Source: a virus. Taken from it: a stretch of DNA of 64,000 nt. The stretch is from UHGV virus genome UHGV-0125199. One strand, written 5' to 3'. The position numbers and the translations under genes are program-made. Below, in pieces: positions 18,620 through 27,537 of this stretch. Each line of letters begins with the position of its first letter. Position 1 is the first letter of the stretch. The notes under the pieces were generated by a model. That model saw only the letters and a list, made by a program, of their open reading frames with translations. It searched no databases and was not told the DNA's origin.

Positions 18620-18889
18620 ATGGAATTTTTGAATGAATTTATGATGCCGGTCGTACTTGGCATTTGCCTTTGCGTCGGATATATTATCAAGAAATGGATT
18701 AAAGATGTCGATAACAAGTACATCCCAACAATCTGTGGAGTATTGGGCATTGTGATAGCTGCATGGATTAATGGTTTTGCATTTAGCCCAGAAATTGTTT
18801 TAAGCGGTTTGATTAGTGGTCTTGCATCTACAGGTTTGCACCAGGCACTTACACAATTTATCGAAAAGAAAGAACAGAAAACTGAATAA
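18620..18889 (+). CDS. holin (two-TM, paralog of the holin at 61162)
   Basis: 89 aa. Two hydrophobic helices, a shared ...DKYIP..GxxGIVxxAxW... core with the 61162 ORF, and a charged C-terminus. Confidence 0.6.
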   Translation: MEFLNEFMMPVVLGICLCVGYIIKKWIKDVDNKYIPTICGVLGIVIAAWINGFAFSPEIVLSGLISGLASTGLHQALTQFIEKKEQKTE

Positions 18890-18891
18890 AT

Positions 18892-19593
18892 ATGGAATAT
18901 TTAGAAATGTTTTTTGAGCTAGATTTTGTTTCTATTATTCTCGCAATTGTTACCATACTTCTTGCATGGCAGTTTTTAGACAAATTGCTTGTATGGTTTT
19001 GGGAGAAAACAGGAATTGAATTTAGACATATCAGAAAAAGACGAGAAGAGCATGAGCTTCTTGTAAAAACCGCTGAAAATTTATCAAAACTACAAGAACA
19101 ACATCAAGAAGACGTGGAACGTGTTACTCAAAATGATAGGAAAATGCAACAGGAATTTTCAGAATTTGTCGAAGAGTTAAAGTCTGCTCTTACTGCTCAA
19201 CGAGAACAGATGGATATTTATGCTAAAAATAGAATTAACGATAGAGAAAAATCACGAGAAATTCAGAGAGATTTTAATGAATCTCAAAAAAAATTATCCG
19301 AATCCGTTGCTGTTATTTCAAAAAAATTGGATGATATGAAGGCTGAAACAGATATGCGTTTCCACGCCAATGAAGAAAAACAAAATAAAAAAGAGCAAGC
19401 AAAAATAAAGGCTGAAATTAGTAATCGGTACAGTATCTATCACGAAAGAAAGTGTATTACTGATATTGAGTTTGAAGCATTAGAAGGGCTTATAGCTACC
19501 TATGAATCGTTCGGGGGGCTGAATAGCTTTGTACATAGTGTTGTCCAAAAAGAAATGTTTACATGGAAAAAAGTTAACGAAAAAGAAGATTAA
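18892..19593 (+). CDS. membrane-anchored coiled-coil protein
   Basis: 233 aa. N-terminal TM helix, then an E/K/Q-rich coiled coil. Directly follows the holin. Confidence 0.5.
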   Translation: MEYLEMFFELDFVSIILAIVTILLAWQFLDKLLVWFWEKTGIEFRHIRKRREEHELLVKTAENLSKLQEQHQEDVERVTQNDRKMQQEFSEFVEELKSALTAQREQMDIYAKNRINDREKSREIQRDFNESQKKLSESVAVISKKLDDMKAETDMRFHANEEKQNKKEQAKIKAEISNRYSIYHERKCITDIEFEALEGLIATYESFGGLNSFVHSVVQKEMFTWKKVNEKED

Positions 19594-19640
19594 TAAATGG
19601 AGAAGTTACTAGTTGGTGACTTCTCTTCTTATTTAAAGAG

Positions 19641-20090
19641 GTGATAAAAATTACAAGATCAAAATTTAATGTAGATAAAGACAAAAGTAAACGAACACAT
19701 AATGGAATCGTATTTGATTCTGTATTAGAAATGAAATACTATCGCGACGTTCTTTGCCCTGCAGTGGAGAGTGGTGATGTGGTTAGTTATGAATTACAAA
19801 AACCATATGAATTACAACCAAAGTTTCGTCATGATGGAAAATCAGTTCAGCCAATTAAGTATGTGGCTGACTTTTTTATTGTTTATAAAGATGGGCATGA
19901 AGAAGTTGTTGATACTAAAGGATGTCCAGATTCAGTCGCACTATTAAAAAGAAAATTGTTTTGGCACAAGTTTCCAGAAGTTGATTATAAATGGGTTACT
20001 TGGGTGGAAAAATTTGGAGGCTGGATCGAATATGAAGAATATAAACGACTCAAACGAGAAGAAAAGGAAAATAAAGTTTCTGATATTTAA
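19641..20090 (+). CDS. DUF1064-like phage protein
   Basis: KRTHNGIVFDSVLEMKYYRDVL...VADFFIVYKDGHEEVVDTKG resembles DUF1064. GTG 19641 overlaps TGA of the mini-ORF 19597..19644 as GTGA, which suggests translational coupling. No ATG until codon 30. Confidence 0.5.
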   Translation: MIKITRSKFNVDKDKSKRTHNGIVFDSVLEMKYYRDVLCPAVESGDVVSYELQKPYELQPKFRHDGKSVQPIKYVADFFIVYKDGHEEVVDTKGCPDSVALLKRKLFWHKFPEVDYKWVTWVEKFGGWIEYEEYKRLKREEKENKVSDI

Positions 20091-20185
20091 TTATTAATTT
20101 TGTCAAAATATGCGTAACAAAATATCTTTACTACTCTTCTATTCAGTGATATGCTTGTATTATATAATATAAGGAGGCACAAGTC

Positions 20186-20479
20186 ATGGAAGAAAAAAGA
20201 AGAGGAAGACGTAAAAAAGTTGTAGAAAAGAATTACGATGTTTTGATTCAGCAGTGCAACCAAGAAATTTTAACCATCCAAAATAAAATGGATGAATTAA
20301 AAGTTCAGATGAAAGAAAAGAAAATTGAAATCAAGAAACTTGAAAAAGAAAAAGCTATCTATGATGAGATGAAAGCTGAACAAGAAAAATCTGAACGTAT
20401 TCGTGAACTCGCGGAAATGATTGATAAATCAGAATACACTTTGGATGAAATTAAGGAATTATTAAATCATAAAAACTAG
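20186..20479 (+). CDS. small coiled-coil protein (97 aa)
   Basis: AAGGAGG SD. K/E-rich heptads. Confidence 0.5.
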   Translation: MEEKRRGRRKKVVEKNYDVLIQQCNQEILTIQNKMDELKVQMKEKKIEIKKLEKEKAIYDEMKAEQEKSERIRELAEMIDKSEYTLDEIKELLNHKN

Positions 20480-20518
20480 AATTATAAATTACATCTAAAT
20501 CATAAAATGTTAATTAAT

Positions 20519-20545
20519 AGAGTCGGTTAACCGGCTCTTTTTTGA
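20519..20545 (+). terminator. rho-independent terminator
   Basis: AGAGTCGGTT-AACCGGCTCT palindromic hairpin followed by TTTTTTGA. Confidence 0.6.
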
Positions 20546-20685
20546 TGCAAAAATTCAAATCAAATTTCGCTTTCATTTAGAAATGAAAAGAGAATAAGAG
20601 ATATGGTGCTACTAAAATAGTAACATCATAATGGAAATGAGTTGATGATTTGATAAGCATCGCCAACATTATTGTACCAATCTTA

Positions 20686-20877
20686 TCACTTGGTACTGTT
20701 CTCACTTGCAAATTCGCAATTAACTTCTACAAAACCTTCCTTAAAGTTAGTAATAGCATGAAGTGAAGTCGGATTGTTTTGCAGAACCATCCATACTATT
20801 CCAAGAACAGTCATGGACAAAAAGGTAAAGATGATTGCGAGTTTTGCAAGTCTGAACGAATTTTTGCTGTCTGTCAT
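20686..20877 (-). CDS. small membrane protein (63 aa), minus strand
   Basis: GGAGGTGAAAAATG context on the minus strand. Single TM helix. One of two similarly built minus-strand small genes. Confidence 0.45.
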   Translation of the reverse strand: MTDSKNSFRLAKLAIIFTFLSMTVLGIVWMVLQNNPTSLHAITNFKEGFVEVNCEFASENSTK

Positions 20878-21140
20878 TTTTCACCTCCCTTCCGATTGTA
20901 TAGTAATCAACTATCATGGGGAGATCAGAATGAGCAGATCGCTCAGAATTGTATAAACTTCTGATGACTTTCACCTATCTTTCTGACTTATTATATAGTC
21001 GTGGTGATTGGTTTGTAGGTTCCTTGTATGTAGGAGCGTAACAGCCGTGGTTACGCACACGCCTTCCTGCATATAGATATTATACTACTCATAGAAAATA
21101 AAAACATCCAGAACATTTGTTTTAAAGGAGATAGAAAATC

Positions 21141-21842
21141 ATGAAAAAAGAAAATATGAAAATTAAAGAAATTATTACATTCGAAGATAAAGCAAACGCT
21201 ATTGAATATATTTGTAACAGTTTATTTGATTTTGGAGAAAATGGTGAAATTACCGACTACTCCCCTTATTATATTGAGCCAGCGCAGGTTTGTGCTATTA
21301 TGAATTACTTTGTAGATGGAATTGAATTTGAAGATGGAGAATCTGTTTACGATGTTGCAATTGCAGACAAAGAAGTTAATGATATTGTAAATCAGTTTTT
21401 CATCAAGAATACTACAACAGCAAAAAATCCAAAATTAACATATCCACAGGAGATTATGAAATTCGTCATGTCTCATGTTGTAGAAAAAGTTGAATATATG
21501 AAACAGAAAGCTATTCATGCTCCATCATATAGAAAAGATATGGTTGGAGAAGCTCTTGTTGATTTGATCAACGTATTGTCTTCAAAGGCAGAAGAATTAA
21601 ATGTATCCGAGGCGAATAAATTTATCGAGAAGTATAACTCACCAGACAAATCTATGGAAGATATTGCGAAGCAGTTTATGAAAGAGGAATTTGAAAAACG
21701 TACTGCTGAACTCGAAAATGCAAATACACAACCAATTTATAAGCCGGATAATGAAGAAAAGGCTACTAAAAATGAAAAGATGAGAGAGATGCTTAAACGC
21801 GCAATGGAGATTCATGAAACAGCCGAAAATCTTCCTTATTAG
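21141..21842 (+). CDS. hypothetical protein (233 aa)
   Basis: AAAGGAG SD. No motif recognised. Confidence 0.5.
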   Translation: MKKENMKIKEIITFEDKANAIEYICNSLFDFGENGEITDYSPYYIEPAQVCAIMNYFVDGIEFEDGESVYDVAIADKEVNDIVNQFFIKNTTTAKNPKLTYPQEIMKFVMSHVVEKVEYMKQKAIHAPSYRKDMVGEALVDLINVLSSKAEELNVSEANKFIEKYNSPDKSMEDIAKQFMKEEFEKRTAELENANTQPIYKPDNEEKATKNEKMREMLKRAMEIHETAENLPY

Positions 21843-21853
21843 AAGGTGTTGCT

Positions 21854-22255
21854 ATGGCAAAAAAAGTTGTTTCCAGTTTTTTGGAAGTTAAAGGATTGGT
21901 TGAAAAAGATGTGCACTCTGGTATGAATGATGCAAGGGATGAAGTTGAAATAAAATTAGAAGATAATGTAATGGGATATTATGACATTGGAAATCCGGTA
22001 AAATACGAAAGAACAGGAACATTATTGGAATCTCCTAACACTACTCCTGTTTCTGGTGGAGGAAATCATTTTGAATTTAAAGCAGAAATGCAAGACAATA
22101 TTTCTTATCATACTGGAACTTACACTGGGGCACAAGTAATTGATGCAACAGAGCAAGGACATTCTGGAACTCTTGGTAAACATGGATATTTTGCAAAGAC
22201 AGAAGCGGAAATTCCTGAAATTGTGGATAGGAATATGTCGAAGTATTTGAAGTGA
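21854..22255 (+). CDS. hypothetical protein (133 aa)
   Basis: AGAAGGTG SD. No motif recognised. Confidence 0.5.
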   Translation: MAKKVVSSFLEVKGLVEKDVHSGMNDARDEVEIKLEDNVMGYYDIGNPVKYERTGTLLESPNTTPVSGGGNHFEFKAEMQDNISYHTGTYTGAQVIDATEQGHSGTLGKHGYFAKTEAEIPEIVDRNMSKYLK

Positions 22256-22264
22256 AAATAATTA

Positions 22265-22289
22265 CCCAGGATGCGGCTAACATCCTGGG
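22265..22289. terminator. bidirectional terminator-like hairpin between convergent genes
   Basis: CCCAGGATG-cggctaa-CATCCTGGG, a perfect 9-bp stem. The U-tract is on the minus-strand side. Confidence 0.45.
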
Positions 22290-22345
22290 GTCGTAAAAAG
22301 GAAACTATTTAAATGACATATATGCAGAATTAATTAAATGATTTT

Positions 22346-22519
22346 TTACCTACGGTTCTTACGTAATGACAATGAGTATTCAAATTTTATATATTTGGAG
22401 AATTGAATTTTACATTTCGCGTTTTTAACATCCTTAGAAAATGTATTAAACGTAAAAACAAGAATAATTAAAAGAACTAATGCAATAACAATAAGACTTA
22501 AAATTATAATTGTTGTCAT
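22346..22519 (-). CDS. small membrane protein (57 aa), minus strand
   Basis: MTTIIILSLIVIALVLLIILVF... with a GGTGGTGAAAAATG start context, similar to the 20877 gene. Not in the ORF track because it is under 60 aa. Confidence 0.4.
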   Translation of the reverse strand: MTTIIILSLIVIALVLLIILVFTFNTFSKDVKNAKCKIQFSKYIKFEYSLSLRKNRR

Positions 22520-22783
22520 TTTTCACCACCCTTCTGTACTTTGATATACAGAACGGGAGTGTTTGCGAAAGAAATCCGCAGAGATATGATGTATAGAAAT
22601 GATACATATAATAATTAATCACCTTTCTGCCATATGTACTGTTTTCATTTCGTATACAAGATGTATACTTCCACAGACGCTTCTGCCAGATACATACCCG
22701 TGGCAACGGATTGGTTGTGGTAGATCCAATCGATATGTATCCAATTTCATTATAACAGAATTTCACTGGAATTAAATATAGAT

Positions 22784-22835
22784 TTTCTCCGTTTCGTATA
22801 GTATGATAATAACAAACTATTATGAAACGGAGAAA
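22784..22835 (+). repeat. 12-bp perfect inverted repeat (hairpin) that sequesters the SD of the downstream small ORF
   Basis: TTTCTCCGTTTC-(28 nt)-GAAACGGAGAAA. The 3' arm contains the GGAG SD, located 6 nt before ATG 22841. Confidence 0.5.
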
Positions 22836-22840
22836 TTATT

Positions 22841-22981
22841 ATGTGTGAAAATTCAAGAAACCGTGAACCTATTAGATGGGAAATATCAAGTAAGAATCCG
22901 TCGAGAGGTGATGCTCCATCTCCTATCGATATTTTCAATCAAGATATTTCTATGAATCAGGAAGGGGAAAACGAAGATTAA
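22841..22981 (+). CDS. acidic mini-protein (46 aa), first gene of the duplicated cassette
   Basis: MCENSRNREPIRWEISS...NQEGENED is a paralog of the mini-ORF at 39591 (MCSKNEISNRNVIVEISS...NQENQEE). Confidence 0.35.
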   Translation: MCENSRNREPIRWEISSKNPSRGDAPSPIDIFNQDISMNQEGENED

Positions 22982-23009
22982 TATAAATATCAATGAGTTA
23001 TTATACCAA

Positions 23010-23561
23010 ATGCCGCTCCTACTGGAATTCTTAGTTCCTGGTTTTATATTTATGACAATGTTTAATTATTTCACATCGTCAAAAATAGAACATTCAATTC
23101 TATGGAGCGTTGCAATAAGCTACATATTAAAAGCATTATGTAGTTTTTTACACGAGTTCATTTTTAAAGATGTTATTTTCAAATGGAATGAACGTGTTAT
23201 AATTCTTGTTTTAATATCAATTATTTTAACGATAATTCTAATTCGATTTTACGAGTCAGAATGGTTGCATAAAATATTCAAATTTATCAATTTCAAAACC
23301 CAACATGATTGTATTTGGAATGATGTAATTGATATGAAAAGAGGAACAACATTAAAAGTTATTTGTAATGACACAACTTATATAGGAATATTGTATATGT
23401 TTGAAGAACATGGAAAAGATTCTTGGTTTGTGTTATCAGATTATATTATAGAAGAAAATGGGAATGCTTATGATTCAAGTAAATCAAATTTTCCATGCAA
23501 AATTGCAATTAATTTGAATGATGCAAAAAGAATAGAATTATATTATGGAAACACAGAGTAG
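23010..23561 (+). CDS. three-TM membrane protein with C-terminal soluble domain, cassette copy 1
   Basis: 183 aa. A paralog of 39722..40318, with shared VPG(F/Y)IF...IW(N/D)DV...G(T/A)LK(V/I)...Y.G.L motifs. Confidence 0.55.
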   Translation: MPLLLEFLVPGFIFMTMFNYFTSSKIEHSILWSVAISYILKALCSFLHEFIFKDVIFKWNERVIILVLISIILTIILIRFYESEWLHKIFKFINFKTQHDCIWNDVIDMKRGTTLKVICNDTTYIGILYMFEEHGKDSWFVLSDYIIEENGNAYDSSKSNFPCKIAINLNDAKRIELYYGNTE

Positions 23562-23653
23562 ATTTATTTCTCTCTGTGTTTATTTATTTACTACTGCTCT
23601 CCTTTCGTGAGGGCTTTTTTGATGTCCAAATTTGAGAGGAGTGATTTTTAAAA

Positions 23654-24838
23654 ATGAGTGAATATGAAGTACGCGTTGACACGAATGTAGACACAAGTGA
23701 ACTCGATTCCGCACAGAAAAAATTAGATAGTTTAGTTAAAAATGGAAAACATATTAAAGTTGATTTTGATATTCAGGGAATGAAGAACCTGAATAAGATC
23801 AATGGTGTCTTAAAAGGAATCGAAAAAAATAATAAGATCAGTGTAAAAGCTGATATGGATACATCCGGAATTAAAAAAGGATTATCTGATATTGAAAAAG
23901 CGAAACGAAGTGTTTCTACTTTAAAGATTGATGCAGATGTTTCAAAAGCGAATGCAGATTTTAAAAAGTTTGAATCTCTTACGACAAAATCCGCGGAAAA
24001 GGCTCGAAAGTTATTATCTGACATCAATAAAGATATTAATAATGTGAAATTGGCTCCAAATGATTCCATTATGGAAATTAATTTTAAAAAACTTACCAGT
24101 GATTTAGAAAAGTACAGGAATCAGATTAAGGTTGTACAAAATGAGCAAAAAGCTCTTGGTAATTCTATTACATCTGTATCAAAATCATTTAGTAAAATTG
24201 ATGCAGTAACTGCCTCTAACAAGACCTTAACGTGGTTAAAAAACAATAGTCGCGCTGCAAAAGTATATGGCGATCAACTAAAAGAAATTGCAGAATCTCA
24301 GAGAAAAGCAACATCAGATTCAGAGCTAACTTCACTAAATAAAGATTTCAACAAAACTGTATCTGAGGCAAAATTACTTGGACTTACTGGTAAAAGTTTT
24401 ACAGCGGAATTTAAACGTGCATTTTCTCAAATTGCACAGTTTACGCAAATTTATGGTGGAATTGAAAATGTAATTCAGACTATTCAAAACTCTGTTATTG
24501 AATTAAAAAATGTTGATTCTATTTTAACAGAAATTTCTAAAACATCTGATATGACAACAGATCAACTTACAAAACTTGGAGAAACATCTTTTGATTCCGC
24601 AAGCAAGTGGGGAAAGAAAGCAAGTGATTACCTACTTGGTATCCAAGAAATGAGTAGATCTGGCTATTATGGCAAACAGGCTGAACAAATGGCTGAAACA
24701 AGTATTCTTGCTCAGGCAGCCGGTGATTTAAATTCAGATGTTGCAAATAGTTATCTTTTGGCATCGAATGCCGCATATCAATATTCTGGAAATGTTCAAA
24801 AACTTAATGCATTGCTTGATGGACAAAATATGATTAAT
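23654..24838 (+). CDS. tail tape measure protein, segment A (ORF runs to 24868; probable exon ending near 24838)
   Basis: N-terminal coiled coil, then a TP901-type tape-measure core: ...TDQLTKLGETSFDSASKWG...AQAAGDLNSDVANSYLLASNAAYQ. The core is truncated and continues in the ORF at 26020. Confidence 0.65.
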
Positions 24839-26061
24839 ATAGTGGTCATGCTATATAGAAATATATAGCTTCATAGTTGGCTTTTATCCCGGAAACTCCA
24901 GAGATGGACAATCGGGAGGATAAGTTAAATAAAATACGGTAGAAAGAGGATATTATAGAAATAAAATTAAAATCATGGCAAACTCTCGCAAACTGTAAAT
25001 TTTGTAATAAAGAGTTTGTAACTACTAAATATAAGGTTAATAATAATAAAAATGGTGTTTTTTGTAGTAGAAGTTGTTATGCTGACTACAAAAAAGAAAC
25101 GATGACAGGTTCACAAAATATAAATTATAAAGAAAAGGTAAAGGTTCATTGCGATAATTGTGGTAAGGAAATTGAAAAAATACCATCTTTAACACATAAT
25201 ATAAACAAACAAGGAGAAAACCATAACTTTTGTTCTTATGAATGTTATTGGGAATTTCGTAAAAAATATTATGTCGGGGATAAATTATATAATACTGGAA
25301 AAAAGATGGACGAAATTTTTTGCAATAAGGTAAGAGAAGCAACATTAAAACAATATCAAGATGGTATACTTGATAGACAAACAATACCACAAAAGATAGT
25401 TAATAGTATATTAGAAAAAAATAATATTAATTATATCAATGAAAAAACTTTTAAATATTATTCTGTCGATAATTATTTAATAGAACATAATTTAATTATT
25501 GAAGTTATGGGTGATTATTTTCATGTGAACCCTTTAATTTATACAGATTCAAATGAGATGAATAATATGCAGAAAAAGGATATTGATAGAGACAAAAGTA
25601 AACATACATATATAAAAAAATATCAGGATGTTGAAATTTTATACCTATGGGAATCCGATATAAAAAATAATCCTTTATTATGTGAAGAATTAATAAAAAA
25701 ATATATAGAATCAAATGGCAAGTTGGAAGAATATAATTCTTTTAACTTTTCTTTTTGTGATAACAATTTAAAATTAAATAACAATATTATTAAACCGTAT
25801 TTTATTTAACCCCCTAACGACTAAGTTGTAATATGGTAACATATTGCACACGCCGACTTCGATAGATATAGTCTATCCGTTACCTATAAGTCCGTAGGAA
25901 CGCCTAACGTAAAACGAGGGAAAAGATATAGTCTAGTCTCACGCTATAATCTAAAAATGAAACGTGAGAGGTAGGATTAACGTCCTATCCGCTTTATTGT
26001 TATTTAACAATAAAGTCCAATGCTTTGTCCTGGAAGCATAGTAATAGAACAAACTAACAGG
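24839..26061 (+). mobile_element. group I intron (about 1.2 kb) in the tape-measure gene, with a homing endonuclease gene
   Basis: The two tape-measure ORFs are in different frames and each continues the same conserved core domain. R-like AACGACTAAG at 25816-25825. Two near-consensus S elements AGATATAGTC at 25864-25873 and 25924-25933. A G at 26061 is 128 nt after the second S element. The exact 5' splice site is not resolved. Confidence 0.55.
24952..25809 (+). CDS. intron-encoded Vsr/DUF559-like homing endonuclease with tandem N-terminal zinc fingers
   Basis: IIEVMGDYFHV...DIDRDKSKHTYIKKYQDVEILYLWESD fits the Vsr/DUF559 (EDxHD-type) nuclease fold. Two CxxC...CxxxC fingers. The frame is open from 24943 after an AAAGAGGA SD with no canonical start before ATG 25102. 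Confidence 0.6.
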   Translation: MIEIKLKSWQTLANCKFCNKEFVTTKYKVNNNKNGVFCSRSCYADYKKETMTGSQNINYKEKVKVHCDNCGKEIEKIPSLTHNINKQGENHNFCSYECYWEFRKKYYVGDKLYNTGKKMDEIFCNKVREATLKQYQDGILDRQTIPQKIVNSILEKNNINYINEKTFKYYSVDNYLIEHNLIIEVMGDYFHVNPLIYTDSNEMNNMQKKDIDRDKSKHTYIKKYQDVEILYLWESDIKNNPLLCEELIKKYIESNGKLEEYNSFNFSFCDNNLKLNNNIIKPYFI

Positions 26062-26778
26062 AACAGTGTATCCATGCAGGATATGGCAGAAGCCACAACT
26101 CAAGCAGCTTCAATGGCATCAGAATTGGGGGTTCAAGAAAATCAACTTTCTGCGATGATTGGAACAATTGAGTCCAGAACAAAAGCAGGTGGCAATGAGG
26201 TTGGTAATGCGATCAAATCATTGTTGATAAACGTTCAGAATGTAAATAACTCAAAAATTGCAGAAACGTTTAAAAAAGCTGGCGTTGCTCAGACAGAGTT
26301 TGTAAACGGTGTAGAAAAAATGCGTAATCCAATTGAAGTATTGGAGGATCTTGCGAAAGTATTTAATCAATTAGAAGAGTCAGATCCACTGCGTACAGAA
26401 ATTCTTACAAATATTGGACAGAAATACCAAGCGAACAAACTAAGTGCTTTATTATCTGGATGGTCTGACTATGAAAAAATGCTTGTAGATTATTCTGAGG
26501 GTACAGGAAGTGCTGCAAAAGAAGCAGAAAAATCTGCAAATAACTGGGAAGGATCTCTAAATAAATTATCAAATACTTGGACTGGATTTATTCAGAATTT
26601 CGCTAATTCCAACATGATTACTTCTGGATTACAAGGACTTACTGGAATAATTAAAATAATCGACACAGTTGTTTCAAAAGCAGGAACACTCGAAACTGTT
26701 ATGGGAGTTTTAGGTGGAGGATTAGCGAGTAAAACAGGATGGGGTAAAACTATCGTAGTTTATAATGCCCCTTTCTAT
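26062..26778 (+). CDS. tail tape measure protein, segment B (ORF 26020..26790)
   Basis: VSMQDMAEATTQAASMASELGVQENQLSAMIGTIESRTKAGGNEVGNAIKS...LEDLAKVFNQLEE...NKLSALL continues the tape-measure core. The frame runs into the downstream intron-like element and stops at 26790. Confidence 0.6.
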
Positions 26779-27250
26779 AAGGTTGCATAATAACGCCATG
26801 CAATTAACGTAGAGAGTGTTCATATTATATATCGTAGTGTAATATGACCATCCTTGGAAATATAGATTTTCTAAATTGTCGAATATCGGGGGAAGCCGTA
26901 AGCCTATTTATATAGGTACCGGAGCGATGCAATAAAAGCGTATTATTATATAGAAGAAATACGTTCGTGAAGGAATAAGCATTTAATGCGAAAATGGTAG
27001 TCCCGACGCACTATAACTAAAACATGGAAGTGTAGTTCCATATATAGGGCGCGAGAGACTGACAAGACATGACGTGATACAGGCGTAATTGTATCATATG
27101 GTACACAACATACAGTCCGTACCTGGGGAAAGCCCAGGGTAGTCAATATGAGATACGGCAGTATACACTACTGCTCTATTGATGCAAACTACACAACCTG
27201 TTGCTGACTTGCAAAAACAGGACAGGATTATACGGCGTATCTCTCGTCGT
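26779..27250 (+). ncRNA. group I intron-like core sequence at the 5' end of a 4 kb intervening segment
   Basis: TAACGCCATG (26791-26800) is identical to the 10-mer after the terL-intron endonuclease gene. GTAGAG (26809-26814) can pair as a guide sequence with the exon end TTCTAT (26773-26778). P-like CTAAATTGTCGAATATCGGGGGAAG, R-like GAGAGACTGACA (27053-27064) and S-like GGGTAGTCAATA (27137-27148). Confidence 0.4.
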
Positions 27251-27296
27251 TTTCTAATAGAGATAAAAAAATAGACACAAATTGTTTACATTCTAC

Positions 27297-27324
27297 TTGA
27301 CTTAATACAAGAAGAATGTATAAT
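27297..27324 (+). promoter_or_regulatory. sigma-A-type promoter
   Basis: TTGACT-16 nt-TATAAT, with a TG upstream of the -10. Confidence 0.4.
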
Positions 27325-27366
27325 AATACATGAGTTAAAAAATATAGCTCGAAACACCACGATGTA

Positions 27367-27397
27367 AGGACAGGGGATTACCTCCTGTCCTTTTGTT
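27367..27397 (+). terminator. terminator/attenuator hairpin
   Basis: AGGACAGG-ggattacct-CCTGTCCT followed by TTTGTTAT. Confidence 0.4.
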
Positions 27398-27537
27398 ATG
27401 TTGTGGAAACAAATAAATAGAATAATTTTTTCTTTCCAAAAACACAAGAGATATTTTAAATATAGAGAAAACAACTATATATAGGAAAAATTTATATAAT
27501 TAGTGTGTTTTTTATTTTTCCGCACTATATCTAGCGG

